This document shows positions 1 through 7,679 of a stretch of 32,000 bases of DNA, piece after piece. Both the position numbers and the translations under genes were made by a program. The notes under the pieces are model-generated. The model saw only the letters and a program-made list of their open reading frames with translations. It did no database searches and was not told the origin of the DNA. Location of the stretch: contig CP060262.1 of the NCBI GenBank assembly GCA_022646745.1, forward strand, positions 3,420,001-3,452,000. Reading direction: 5' to 3'. Position 1 is the first letter of the stretch; every line of letters begins with the position of its first letter. The DNA comes from Planctomycetales bacterium (GTDB lineage: Bacteria; 4484-113; JAFGCY01).

Positions 1-954
1 AGTGCCGGACTGCGGCGTTGTAATCGAGCCGAAGGTATCGAGCGCGGGGAAGTCCAGCGAGTCGAAGCGGATCGGCCTGGCCTGCTGCAGCTTGATCTCA
101 TAGACCGGCAGCACCGCATCGTAGATGTCAATTGCCGTCAGGATCGGTTCCTGCAGGTCGCAGCGGAACTGCACGTCATATGTCCCCAGCTCGGACAGCT
201 TGAATGTGGTGTCCGTCAGTCCCTCGCTGAAGGCCAGTGGGATGCGCATCACATGCTCATCGCGCACCACGTCCATCTCAGCCAGCCCGCTGTAGCCGGT
301 GGCAACACGCCCGTCGGCGTCCAGCGCGCGCATCGGGATGCGGATGTCAACCTCCCGTGCATCAGTGGCGGGTACATCCACCTCGATGCGCGCCGCATCC
401 TGGCTGGACAGCACCATGAAGGCCGTGATGTCACGGATCTCCACGCCGTTGCCAGCCTTGCATTCCAGGCGCAGGAAGATCGCGGCGTCATTCGTGGCAC
501 TGATCCCGCGGTCGGACAGCAGCACCTCCTGCGGATGGTCCAGCGCTGACAACGGGAACTCCTGCCAGGCGTCAGCACCGGCCAGCGCGATCTTCAGGCT
601 GCACTCGCTGCCATCCTGCCGGCCGCGGCCGAGGTCCAGGATCAGCTTGTCCAGCTGGTCACCGTTGCGCAGCCGGCCGATCTCATAGGTGACGGAGGAG
701 GACTCCTCTCCACCGAGCACCATCGCACCGCTGCGGCTGTAGTTCGCTGATCCGCTGGATTCAAATGAACCGGCCAGCCGCAGTGCGACTTCACTGCTGC
801 GCAGCACTTCGCTGGACTTGCCGCTTGCCGGGACTGAGGATGTGGTACCACCCTTCTTCGCCTGCTGCGTGCCCTGCTGCTGGCCGCCACTGGGGCAGCC
901 GCAAAGCAGGCAGGCCAAAATAGCCGTGAGGCCGGTTGCAATCAGGTAACGCAT
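1..954 (-). CDS. putative lipoprotein / secreted protein of unknown function (partial; C-terminus lies beyond position 1)
   Basis: The minus-strand frame is open from ATG 954..952 to position 1. It is absent from the ORF track because it is truncated. The N-terminus MRYLIATGLTAILACLLCGCPSGGQQQGTQQAKKGG has a short basic n-region, a hydrophobic core, a lipobox-like Cys cluster (ILAC / LCGC) and a Gln/Gly/Ser linker. Codons are GC3-rich like neighbouring genes. Confidence 0.6.
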   Translation of the reverse strand, partial: MRYLIATGLTAILACLLCGCPSGGQQQGTQQAKKGGTTSSVPASGKSSEVLRSSEVALRLAGSFESSGSANYSRSGAMVLGGEESSSVTYEIGRLRNGDQLDKLILDLGRGRQDGSECSLKIALAGADAWQEFPLSALDHPQEVLLSDRGISATNDAAIFLRLECKAGNGVEIRDITAFMVLSSQDAARIEVDVPATDAREVDIRIPMRALDADGRVATGYSGLAEMDVVRDEHVMRIPLAFSEGLTDTTFKLSELGTYDVQFRCDLQEPILTAIDIYDAVLPVYEIKLQQARPIRFDSLDFPALDTFGSITTPQSGT

Positions 955-962
955 GAAAGCAG

Positions 963-968
963 ATTATA
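963..968 (-). promoter_or_regulatory. candidate -10 box (TATAAT) 8 nt upstream of the lipoprotein ATG
   Basis: The minus strand reads cctccTATAATctgctttcATG. There is no Shine-Dalgarno sequence between the box and the ATG. TTGAAC lies 22 nt upstream, too far for a standard -35. Confidence 0.3.
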
Positions 969-1022
969 GGAGGCGCAGACAGCCTGCCCGGTTCAAATGT
1001 ACAGGGGGAATGAGTTTGAATA

Positions 1023-1095
1023 TGGGCGCGGAGGGGCTCGAACCCCCGACCTACTGGGTGTAAACCAGTTGCTCTTCCAACTGAGCTACACGCCC
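1023..1095 (-). tRNA. tRNA-Val (anticodon TAC)
   Basis: The minus strand reads GGGCGTG TA GCTC AGTTGGAA GAGC A ACTGG TTTACAC CCAGT AGGTC GGGGG TTCGAGC CCCTC CGCGCCC A. This folds as a full cloverleaf with a 7-bp acceptor stem (one G-U), a GTTCGA T-loop and anticodon UAC. The CCA end is not encoded. Confidence 0.92.
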
Positions 1096-1107
1096 CTAAG
1101 GTTGCGG

Positions 1108-1116
1108 ATTATACCA
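1108..1116 (-). promoter_or_regulatory. candidate extended -10 promoter (TGGTATAAT) for tRNA-Val
   Basis: The minus strand reads ggcTGGTATAATccgcaaccttag followed by the tRNA 5' end. This is a perfect TATAAT preceded by TGn, about 12 nt before the mature tRNA 5' end, in the 32-nt gap after the ilvE stop. Confidence 0.4.
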
Positions 1117-1127
1117 GCCCCGGCTGC

Positions 1128-2048
1128 TCAGCCGCCGGCGATCACGCTCTCACGGGACGGGACCACTGAATGGTGCTCCGGCTCGTTGACGTAGTCCATC
1201 CAGGCGCTGCGCAGGTCCACGAAGATCGGGCCCGGCTTGCCGCTGCCGATCTCACGGTCCTGGATGTCCACCACGGGGATCAGGTCAGCGCCCGTGCCAG
1301 TCATCCAGACCTCATCCGCGGTGTACAGGTCGAAGACCGTATAGAGACCTTCGCGCACTTCGTAATTCTTGCGCTTGGCGATCTCGATGATGCTGGCGCG
1401 GGTGATGCCGGCCAGCGCGCCCGTGCTCAGCTCCGGGGTGTGGATGATGCCGTGCTTTGCGAAGAACAGGTTCTCCGCCGTGCCCTCCACGACGTAACCG
1501 TCGAGGTTGAGCATGATGCCCTCATCGGCACCGGCCCGGTTTGCTTCCATTACGCCGAGGATGTTGTTGATGTAGTTCAGCGACTTCACGCTGCCCGGCA
1601 GGCTCTGCACACTGTTGCGGCGCGTGGCACAGATGATGCACCTCAGGCCCTTCTGGTAGAGCTCCTCGGGGTGCAGCTGGATCGAGGCGGCGATGCAGTA
1701 GACGGTCGGGTGCTCACGGCACTTGCGCGGGTTGATACCCAGGTCGCCCTTGCCACGTGTCGCCACGAGGCGGATGTAGCAGACACCCTGGTGCAGCCCG
1801 TTCATGGCCACGGAGTTGAGCACGATCTCCTGCATTTCCTTGGGGGTCTGGGTCAGCTTTATGCCGAGGAACTTGGCACAGTCATAGAAGCGGTCAATGT
1901 GTTCGACCAGCTTGAAGACCTTGCCGTCCCATGCCTTGATGCCTTCAAACAGCCCATCTCCATAGAGAATGCCGTGGTCAAACACGCTGACCGAAGCTTC
2001 ACTCTCAGGGATGAATTCGCCGTTGACCCAGACAAATCTCTCCGCCAT
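1128..2048 (-). CDS. ilvE: branched-chain amino acid aminotransferase (class IV PLP aminotransferase)
   Basis: ATG at 2048 is preceded by GGAGGAAGAAGAGGC (SD). The 306-aa product starts MAERFVWVNGEFIPESEASVSVFDHGILYGDGLFEGI. It carries the motifs SVKSLNYINNIL (PLP Lys region), EGTAENLF and ALAGITR, typical of IlvE-type enzymes. The track ORF (to 2387) is an upstream over-extension into the neighbouring gene. Confidence 0.85.
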   Translation of the reverse strand: MAERFVWVNGEFIPESEASVSVFDHGILYGDGLFEGIKAWDGKVFKLVEHIDRFYDCAKFLGIKLTQTPKEMQEIVLNSVAMNGLHQGVCYIRLVATRGKGDLGINPRKCREHPTVYCIAASIQLHPEELYQKGLRCIICATRRNSVQSLPGSVKSLNYINNILGVMEANRAGADEGIMLNLDGYVVEGTAENLFFAKHGIIHTPELSTGALAGITRASIIEIAKRKNYEVREGLYTVFDLYTADEVWMTGTGADLIPVVDIQDREIGSGKPGPIFVDLRSAWMDYVNEPEHHSVVPSRESVIAGG

Positions 2049-2097
2049 GCCTCTTCTTCCTCCAGGTTTGGTGTAGGGGGTGGATCCGTGCCGCGTA

Positions 2098-2106
2098 ATT
2101 ATATCA
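2098..2106 (-). promoter_or_regulatory. candidate extended -10 promoter (TGATATAAT) for ilvE
   Basis: The minus strand reads ccagaaTGATATAATtacgcgg in the 79-nt gap between the 709-aa gene stop (2128) and the ilvE ATG (2048). No good -35 is present, consistent with the extended -10 type. Confidence 0.45.
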
Positions 2107-2127
2107 TTCTGGCAGCAGCGAAGCGGC

Positions 2128-4257
2128 TTATCCGGCCACTGAACGGCTCTCCCGACCGGCCACGATAGCGCGCAGTTTCTCGTAGTGCTCCGGCGGCACC
2201 ACCTTGCCGAAACTGCGGATATCCGCCAGCTCAAAGCCGTGCTTGTCCCCGATCGCCTGGATCTCCTTGACCTTCTGCGGGTCAATCTCACGGCCGATCG
2301 TGTAGTGGTCGAAGCGGCGCTCGAGTGCGAGCAGCAGCGTCTCCGCCATGCAGGCGTAGATCGTGTTCGGCGGCAGGCCGATGTCATACTTCAGCTCTGC
2401 ACCCTCCGGCAGGCGGATCTCCCCGCTCTCGATCACGAGGATGTCATTGCGGCGTACCGCCTCCTCCTCGCGGATGTCCGGCGGGCGGGCCACGTCGCAG
2501 ACGATGCAGCCTGGGCGCAGCTCAGTCACGTCGACAACCGGGTCGACGGCACTGGTGGTCGTGATGATCAGGTCCGCCATGCCGAGGAAGTCAGCGGCGT
2601 TGCGGCTGATCTGCAGCTTGCCCTTCAGGCGCGGGGTTTCCTTCTCGATCAGCGAGGACAGTGCCAGCAGGCGCTCCGGGCGCGGGCTGACGAGGTACAG
2701 GCGCTCCACCTTCTCGGCCAGCAGGCGGGCACAGACACTGCCGATGCTGCCCGTGGCCCCGATCACGCAGGCCGAGCTGTGGGACATGTCGATGTTGCAG
2801 CGCTCCGCCGCCACCTCCATCGTGCGGATGGTGGAGGCCACGGTATAGCTGTTACCGGTGGTGATGCCGATCGGCGAGCGCTCGCTGACTGACTTGCCGG
2901 CGTCGCCAACCACACTCGTGTAAGCGCCGAGCCCCATGATCCGGCAGCCCTTCTGGTTGGCAACCTCCGCCACGCCCAGCAGCTTCTTGTAGAGGAACTC
3001 CGCCGGGAAGCGCATGATCGCGCGGCTGGTCATCGGGATCGCGTATAGCACGCCCTCGGCACGGGCCCCGGTCTTGCTGACTACGTTCTTCATCATCGCG
3101 CAGGGGAAGCCGCTGAGCTGCGCCATCGTGTCCTCGATCAGGCGCTCCGGCATGAAGTGCGACATCGCGCGCACGCTGCGCAGGCGGCGCACCTGGGCGA
3201 ACACCAGCGGGTGGATCACGAAGGCGAACCTGGCAACGTCGTCACCGGGGTCCTCCGCCACCTCCACCACTTCCTCGCGCGGGGTGTAGTTCTCCGGCAG
3301 GATCGGCAGCTGCAGGGCGGTCAGCTCCTCCTTCTCCTCATGCGGGCGCAGGTGGAAGATGTCCGGCTTCAGCTCCATGCGGTGGATCAGGTTGAGGAAG
3401 TAGTCCTCGATCTCATGGTTTTCGCTGTGCTTGCCGCACAGCTTGAAGGCAGCCTCCAGCACCGGCACCGGTGTGTAGATGCCGCTGATCTTCGGCGACA
3501 GCGAGACGACGTACTCCACGTCCAGCTCACGGAACAGCTCAAGGTCGCGGTCGTCACGCAGGTTGGTGAACACCGTCTTGCCGGTCAGGCTGTCCGGCTT
3601 GTATCTCTTGAAGTAGGACAGGCCGCCGATGATGATGTCTGCGCGCTTGAAGTACATCTGGAAGCGCGGCATCATGCGCTTGCTGCGCCTTGCGGCCGGC
3701 CAGAACCAGCTTGCCGGGGCCTGCATCACGGCCTTCACCAGCTGCGGTGCGCTGTTCTCCAGGTGCTGGAAGGAGGTGATCGGGATCCCGAGCCTAAAGC
3801 CGTACAGCAGGTCGCCGAACACCAGCTTCTTCGTGTACTTGCTCAGCACCTCCGCGCTGCCGTAGCGGTTCAGCCCGCTGAAGAACAGGATTGACTTGCG
3901 CTTGAAGCTGAACGGCAGCTGCTCCGCCGCCTGCTGCACGATGTAGCGCTCAAGCGTTGCCAGAAGCGCAGAACCGTCGCTGAAGCGCTCACCGTAGTCA
4001 TCCAGCCTGAGCTGGTTGCGCAGGTGCTCATTCTCGTATGTCTTGCCGGCAATGCGGAAGCTGCTGCTGATGCCCTGCATCGCCACTGAATCGTATTCCT
4101 TCAGCAGTTCCGGGATCAGGCTGCCGATCAGCTCCGGGTTCTGGCGCACCGGCACGCGGTCCCACTGCACCACTGCATCCGGCAGTTCAATGCTGAAGGA
4201 CGCCCGCTCCGCATCGGGCGACAGGTCCATCAATGCTATGCGGAAGTTCTGCTTCAC
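2128..4257 (-). CDS. two-domain protein: uncharacterised N-terminal domain (aa 1-340) + acyl-ACP reductase-like NAD(P)-dependent thioester reductase domain (aa 341-709)
   Basis: This is a 709-aa ORF whose GTG start at 4257 overlaps the glmM TGA (GTGA). An alternative ATG lies at 4230. The C-domain motifs are FAFVIHPL, MGLGAYTSVV, ITTGNSYTVA, the Rossmann motif VIGATGSIGSVCARLL, and IYACMAETLLLALE...QKVKEIQAIGDKHGFE. From memory these parallel cyanobacterial acyl-ACP reductase (FGLIGHL, LGGFTSII, TTGNTHTA, VVGATGDIGSAVCRWL, MFACFAEAMLLEFE...IEKMEAIGEASVRHGF). I do not recognise the N-domain. Confidence 0.8.
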   Translation of the reverse strand: MKQNFRIALMDLSPDAERASFSIELPDAVVQWDRVPVRQNPELIGSLIPELLKEYDSVAMQGISSSFRIAGKTYENEHLRNQLRLDDYGERFSDGSALLATLERYIVQQAAEQLPFSFKRKSILFFSGLNRYGSAEVLSKYTKKLVFGDLLYGFRLGIPITSFQHLENSAPQLVKAVMQAPASWFWPAARRSKRMMPRFQMYFKRADIIIGGLSYFKRYKPDSLTGKTVFTNLRDDRDLELFRELDVEYVVSLSPKISGIYTPVPVLEAAFKLCGKHSENHEIEDYFLNLIHRMELKPDIFHLRPHEEKEELTALQLPILPENYTPREEVVEVAEDPGDDVARFAFVIHPLVFAQVRRLRSVRAMSHFMPERLIEDTMAQLSGFPCAMMKNVVSKTGARAEGVLYAIPMTSRAIMRFPAEFLYKKLLGVAEVANQKGCRIMGLGAYTSVVGDAGKSVSERSPIGITTGNSYTVASTIRTMEVAAERCNIDMSHSSACVIGATGSIGSVCARLLAEKVERLYLVSPRPERLLALSSLIEKETPRLKGKLQISRNAADFLGMADLIITTTSAVDPVVDVTELRPGCIVCDVARPPDIREEEAVRRNDILVIESGEIRLPEGAELKYDIGLPPNTIYACMAETLLLALERRFDHYTIGREIDPQKVKEIQAIGDKHGFELADIRSFGKVVPPEHYEKLRAIVAGRESRSVAG

Positions 4258-5612
4258 GATACCCTGCTCGACCAGTCGTTGAACACGGCACAGGCCGCGC
4301 GGTTGCCATCCTCACAGTGCTTGCGGTCCTCTGACTCGGTCAGCACCCGGACCACGTTCTCGGTGCCGCTCGGGCGCAGGTAGAAGCGCACGTTGCCAAA
4401 GCTCGAGCGCACCTGGTCCAGTGCCTTGTTGACCTTGCGGTCATTCACCCAGGCCTTCTTGTCCTTCACCTGCAGGTTGGTCAGCAGCTGCGGGAACTCC
4501 ACGAACTCACTGACCATCGCGCTCAGCGGCTCGCTGGACCCGGCCAGCACCGCCGCCAGCTGCAGCCCGACGAGGATCCCGTCCCCGCTCGGCGCCTTGT
4601 CGCGCATGATGATGTGCCCGCTCTGCTCGCCGCCGAGGTTGATGCCGTTGACAATCATCGCGTTCATCACGTTGATGTCGCCGACGTCCGTGCGCAGCAT
4701 CTTCACCCCGCGGTGCGCCAGGGCCTGTTCCACGCCCATGTTCGTCATGTGCGTCATCACCACCCCGCCCTGCTGGCGGTAGCGCGGCAGGCGGGTCGCG
4801 AACAGTGCGATGATGCGGTCGCCACTGACCGGGCGGCCCAGTTCATCGACGGCCAGCACGCGGTCACCGTCGCCATCGAATGCCAGCCCGAGCTCCGCCC
4901 CGCTGGCCTTGACGGCCCGGCGCAGCTTGCCGAGGTCCGTGGCTCCGCACTTGACATTCACCTTGGCGCCGTCAAGCTCATCGCAGATCACGCTCACCTC
5001 GTGCCCGGCCTCCGTGAAGGCCCGGCCGGCCAGCTCTGAGGTCGCCCCGTTGGCGCAGTCCAGCACCACCCGCAACACATGGCCGTTGCCACGGCGACGG
5101 ATCGCCTTCTTCAGCAGGCTGAGGTAGAACGCCGAGGCATCCTCCTCGCTGAGGCTGCCGAAGAACTGCTGGTCCTCGACGCCAATGCGCCCGCTCCTGT
5201 CGATCCAGCCCTCGATGGCCAGCTCGGTGGCGCTGTTGAGCTTCAGCCCGTCCGGGCCGAATATCTTGATTCCGTTGTCAGCGACGGGGTTGTGCGAGGC
5301 GGTGATCATCACGCCGGCCAGCGCTTTGCGCTGCATCACGACCTGCGGCACCACCGGGGTCGGCACCAGGCCGATGTCCAGTGAATCCACGCCGCCCAGC
5401 GCCAGGCCGCTTTCCAGCCCGAGGCGCAGCATGTCGGCGGACAGCCGGGTGTCATGCCCGACCACCACCTGGGGCCGCTTGCCGCGGGCATACCGCTTCG
5501 CGGCGGGGGCCAGCTCCATCGCCAGCCCGTATCCGGTGCGCATGGCAAGCTCGGGGGCCAGCAGGGTGCCTGCCCTGCCCCGGATTCCATCCGTGCCGAA
5601 GTATCTGCTCAT
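4254..5612 (-). CDS. glmM: phosphoglucosamine mutase
   Basis: The 452-aa product starts MSRYFGTDGIRG. It has the active-site motif TASHNPVADNGIK, the Mg site FDGDGDR and GEQSGH. Its ATG overlaps the cdaR stop (TAATG). Confidence 0.93.
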   Translation of the reverse strand: MSRYFGTDGIRGRAGTLLAPELAMRTGYGLAMELAPAAKRYARGKRPQVVVGHDTRLSADMLRLGLESGLALGGVDSLDIGLVPTPVVPQVVMQRKALAGVMITASHNPVADNGIKIFGPDGLKLNSATELAIEGWIDRSGRIGVEDQQFFGSLSEEDASAFYLSLLKKAIRRRGNGHVLRVVLDCANGATSELAGRAFTEAGHEVSVICDELDGAKVNVKCGATDLGKLRRAVKASGAELGLAFDGDGDRVLAVDELGRPVSGDRIIALFATRLPRYRQQGGVVMTHMTNMGVEQALAHRGVKMLRTDVGDINVMNAMIVNGINLGGEQSGHIIMRDKAPSGDGILVGLQLAAVLAGSSEPLSAMVSEFVEFPQLLTNLQVKDKKAWVNDRKVNKALDQVRSSFGNVRFYLRPSGTENVVRVLTESEDRKHCEDGNRAACAVFNDWSSRVS

Positions 5613-6838
5613 TACTCTGCGTCCTTGCGATTGATCGATACCGTGACGACCATGCGGTCCAGTGTCACATGCTGCAGCGTGAGCGGCAGGTCGACCTGCG
5701 GGATCCGCTTGACCTGCCCGGGCTCCATCGCCCCGACGTCTATCCAGGCCCTGATCTTGCTGGCGATTTCCTCCTCGCTCAGCTCCGCCAGTTCCACCGA
5801 CTTGAACACCAGCCTCTCCGGACTGATATTGTAGTCCATATCATCCCGGCGGTTGACGAGCTCAATCGGGATCAGGCGTTCGTCATCCGTCACCTGCCGC
5901 ACCTCGACACTCACATCGCAGGTCAATGGCAGGTTGCTGTTCTCCGGCAGCTCGAACGGGTACTGGATCTTCAGCCCGCTGAACACCTGCGTCTCCGTCA
6001 GGCCGCTGACGTCGATCCGGTCCGTGCGCACGTAGTACACGCCCTCCGGCACGATGTCCGAGGCAACCGGCACATAAAGCGGCACCGGCTTGCTCACGCC
6101 GAGCCTGAAGCCCTCCGCCACCTCTCCGACGATGTGCGGGCTGATCTCCAGCACGCGCAGCGAGCCGGCTGGGATCACGTCAATCTCATACTGCACCACT
6201 TCAGGCGTGACCTGCAGCGAGCCGGTCGGGATCGTCTGGTCCTCCCCGTCCTGGAAGCGCACCACGATGTTCTGGCTGTCGCGGTCCGCCAGGTCCTGGA
6301 TGCGCGGCGTGATCACGCAGCGTGCGATCCGGTTCACGATGCTGGCCGGGCCGGACACAGCGATGGTGCTCGGGATCACGTCCTCGCGGCTGATCTCATA
6401 GCCTTCCTTCACACTGCCGCGCCGCTCCACATCGATGTTGAGCGTCTTCTCGGCCCGTGGCTCGACCATCACTGTCACGCTCTTCGGGTTGTGGTCCATC
6501 ACCGTCAGGTCATCCAGCGTCGGCAGCTGCACGCGGTACAGCGTGCGGGTGCCGGGCTGGGCCTCCGACAGGTCGATGCTCGCGTGCAGCTTCATCTTCT
6601 GCGCATTGGTGATCGCCCGGTACGGCCCGCGCACATCAAGCTTGATGGTATCCGGGATGCGGCTGTCCTCCGTATTGACAACCAGCTCCTGTGGCAGGCC
6701 GGATACCCTGAGCGGCAGGTCGATCGGGTAGCGCACCGGGTTATTGCTGAAGTAGGCCACGTAGATCGAGAGCGTGATCGCCAGCAGGAGCGAGACGAAC
6801 TTCAGGCCGCAGTTGTGGAAGATCCTCCGGATAAGCAT
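5612..6838 (-). CDS. cdaR: YbbR-domain protein, CdaA regulator CdaR
   Basis: The 408-aa product has an N-terminal TM helix (FVSLLLAITLSIYVAYF) followed by repeated beta-rich YbbR-like modules. Its position between cdaA and glmM is the conserved cdaA-cdaR-glmM arrangement. Confidence 0.8.
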   Translation of the reverse strand: MLIRRIFHNCGLKFVSLLLAITLSIYVAYFSNNPVRYPIDLPLRVSGLPQELVVNTEDSRIPDTIKLDVRGPYRAITNAQKMKLHASIDLSEAQPGTRTLYRVQLPTLDDLTVMDHNPKSVTVMVEPRAEKTLNIDVERRGSVKEGYEISREDVIPSTIAVSGPASIVNRIARCVITPRIQDLADRDSQNIVVRFQDGEDQTIPTGSLQVTPEVVQYEIDVIPAGSLRVLEISPHIVGEVAEGFRLGVSKPVPLYVPVASDIVPEGVYYVRTDRIDVSGLTETQVFSGLKIQYPFELPENSNLPLTCDVSVEVRQVTDDERLIPIELVNRRDDMDYNISPERLVFKSVELAELSEEEIASKIRAWIDVGAMEPGQVKRIPQVDLPLTLQHVTLDRMVVTVSINRKDAE

Positions 6839-6846
6839 GCGGCCCC

Positions 6847-7662
6847 CTAGTTCAGCGCCGCCCTGGTCAGGTTGGACGCGAAATTCTCATTTGGCTCGAG
6901 CAGCGCATTGAGCTGCTCGACGAACTGCTCCTCACCCAGCCGGCGGGCCAGGCGTCCGGAGTGCGAGATGCTCACCTCGCCACGTTCCTCGCTGACAACG
7001 ATCACGATCGCATCGCAGCGTTCCGTCAGGCCGACGGCCGCGCGGTGCCGCGTGCCGAGCTCGCTGGCGAGGAAGGTCACCTCAGTCATCGGCAGGAAGT
7101 TGCCCGCCGAATGCACGCGCCCCTCCAGCATGATGATCGCGCCGTCATGCAGCGGATTGTGCCGGTCGAACAGGCTGGAGATCAGCCGCTCGGAGGGAAT
7201 CCCGTCAATCACCGTGCCGGGCACGATGAACTCATCAAGCTTGTCGTTGACAGCGAGCACGATCAGCGCGCCGATGCGCTTCTGGGCGAAGTGGTAGACG
7301 GTGGATGTCAGCACCTCGACGAGGCTGCTGTTCTCGCTGATATGGTTGTCAGAAGTGAATATGCTGAACAGCCTGCTGCGCCGGCCGGCGCTCTCCAGCA
7401 CCTTGCGGATCTCCGGCACGAACAGGATGAAGATCGCCAGCGGGCCGACCGTGAAGACAGCGTCCATGATGAACACGAGGGTGATCAGCTTCAGGTACTG
7501 GCACAGGAAGTAGAATCCGCTCATCACGAGGATGCCCTGCACGACGAGCATCACCTTTGTGCCGCGGGCGTAGATCAGGATGTAGTAGAACAGGATCGCC
7601 ACCGCCAGCACATCCACGATCTGGCCGACGTTTCTCAGGATCCATGCGAAGGTGGCTTCCAA
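6847..7662 (-). CDS. cdaA: diadenylate cyclase CdaA (DisA_N/DAC domain, membrane anchored)
   Basis: The 271-aa product has three N-terminal TM helices and then the DAC motifs GALIVL, HNPLHDGAII, GTRHRAA and IVVSEERGEVS. It starts at TTG 7662, preceded by AGGGGAG. Confidence 0.9.
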   Translation of the reverse strand: MEATFAWILRNVGQIVDVLAVAILFYYILIYARGTKVMLVVQGILVMSGFYFLCQYLKLITLVFIMDAVFTVGPLAIFILFVPEIRKVLESAGRRSRLFSIFTSDNHISENSSLVEVLTSTVYHFAQKRIGALIVLAVNDKLDEFIVPGTVIDGIPSERLISSLFDRHNPLHDGAIIMLEGRVHSAGNFLPMTEVTFLASELGTRHRAAVGLTERCDAIVIVVSEERGEVSISHSGRLARRLGEEQFVEQLNALLEPNENFASNLTRAALN

Positions 7663-7679
7663 AAGTCTCCCCTGTGCTC

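Noticed and set aside
1128-2387. Several track ORFs have upstream-extended versions: ilvE to 2387, rplM to 9439, map to 13490, rpmC to 19936, rplV to 21465, rplC to 24171, the S51 gene to 25610 and the NlpC/P60 gene to 8606.
   Set aside because: The extensions overlap the preceding gene and encode Arg/Pro-rich junk. Internal starts restore the conserved N-termini and have an SD or stop/start coupling. rplC 24171 is kept as a stated alternative.
5381-6850. Very long ORFs lie antisense to real genes. These are 5381..6850 (+, 489 aa), 13264..14823 (+, 519 aa), 16617..18137 (+, 506 aa), 22780..24564 (+, 594 aa) and 27443..29755 (-, 770 aa), plus many shorter ones.
   Set aside because: They lie opposite well-supported conserved genes and have Arg/Ala/His/Leu/Gly-rich compositions typical of the reverse frames of GC3-rich coding sequence. 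They span several unrelated genes and lack SD sequences. Stop codons are simply rare in GC-rich DNA.
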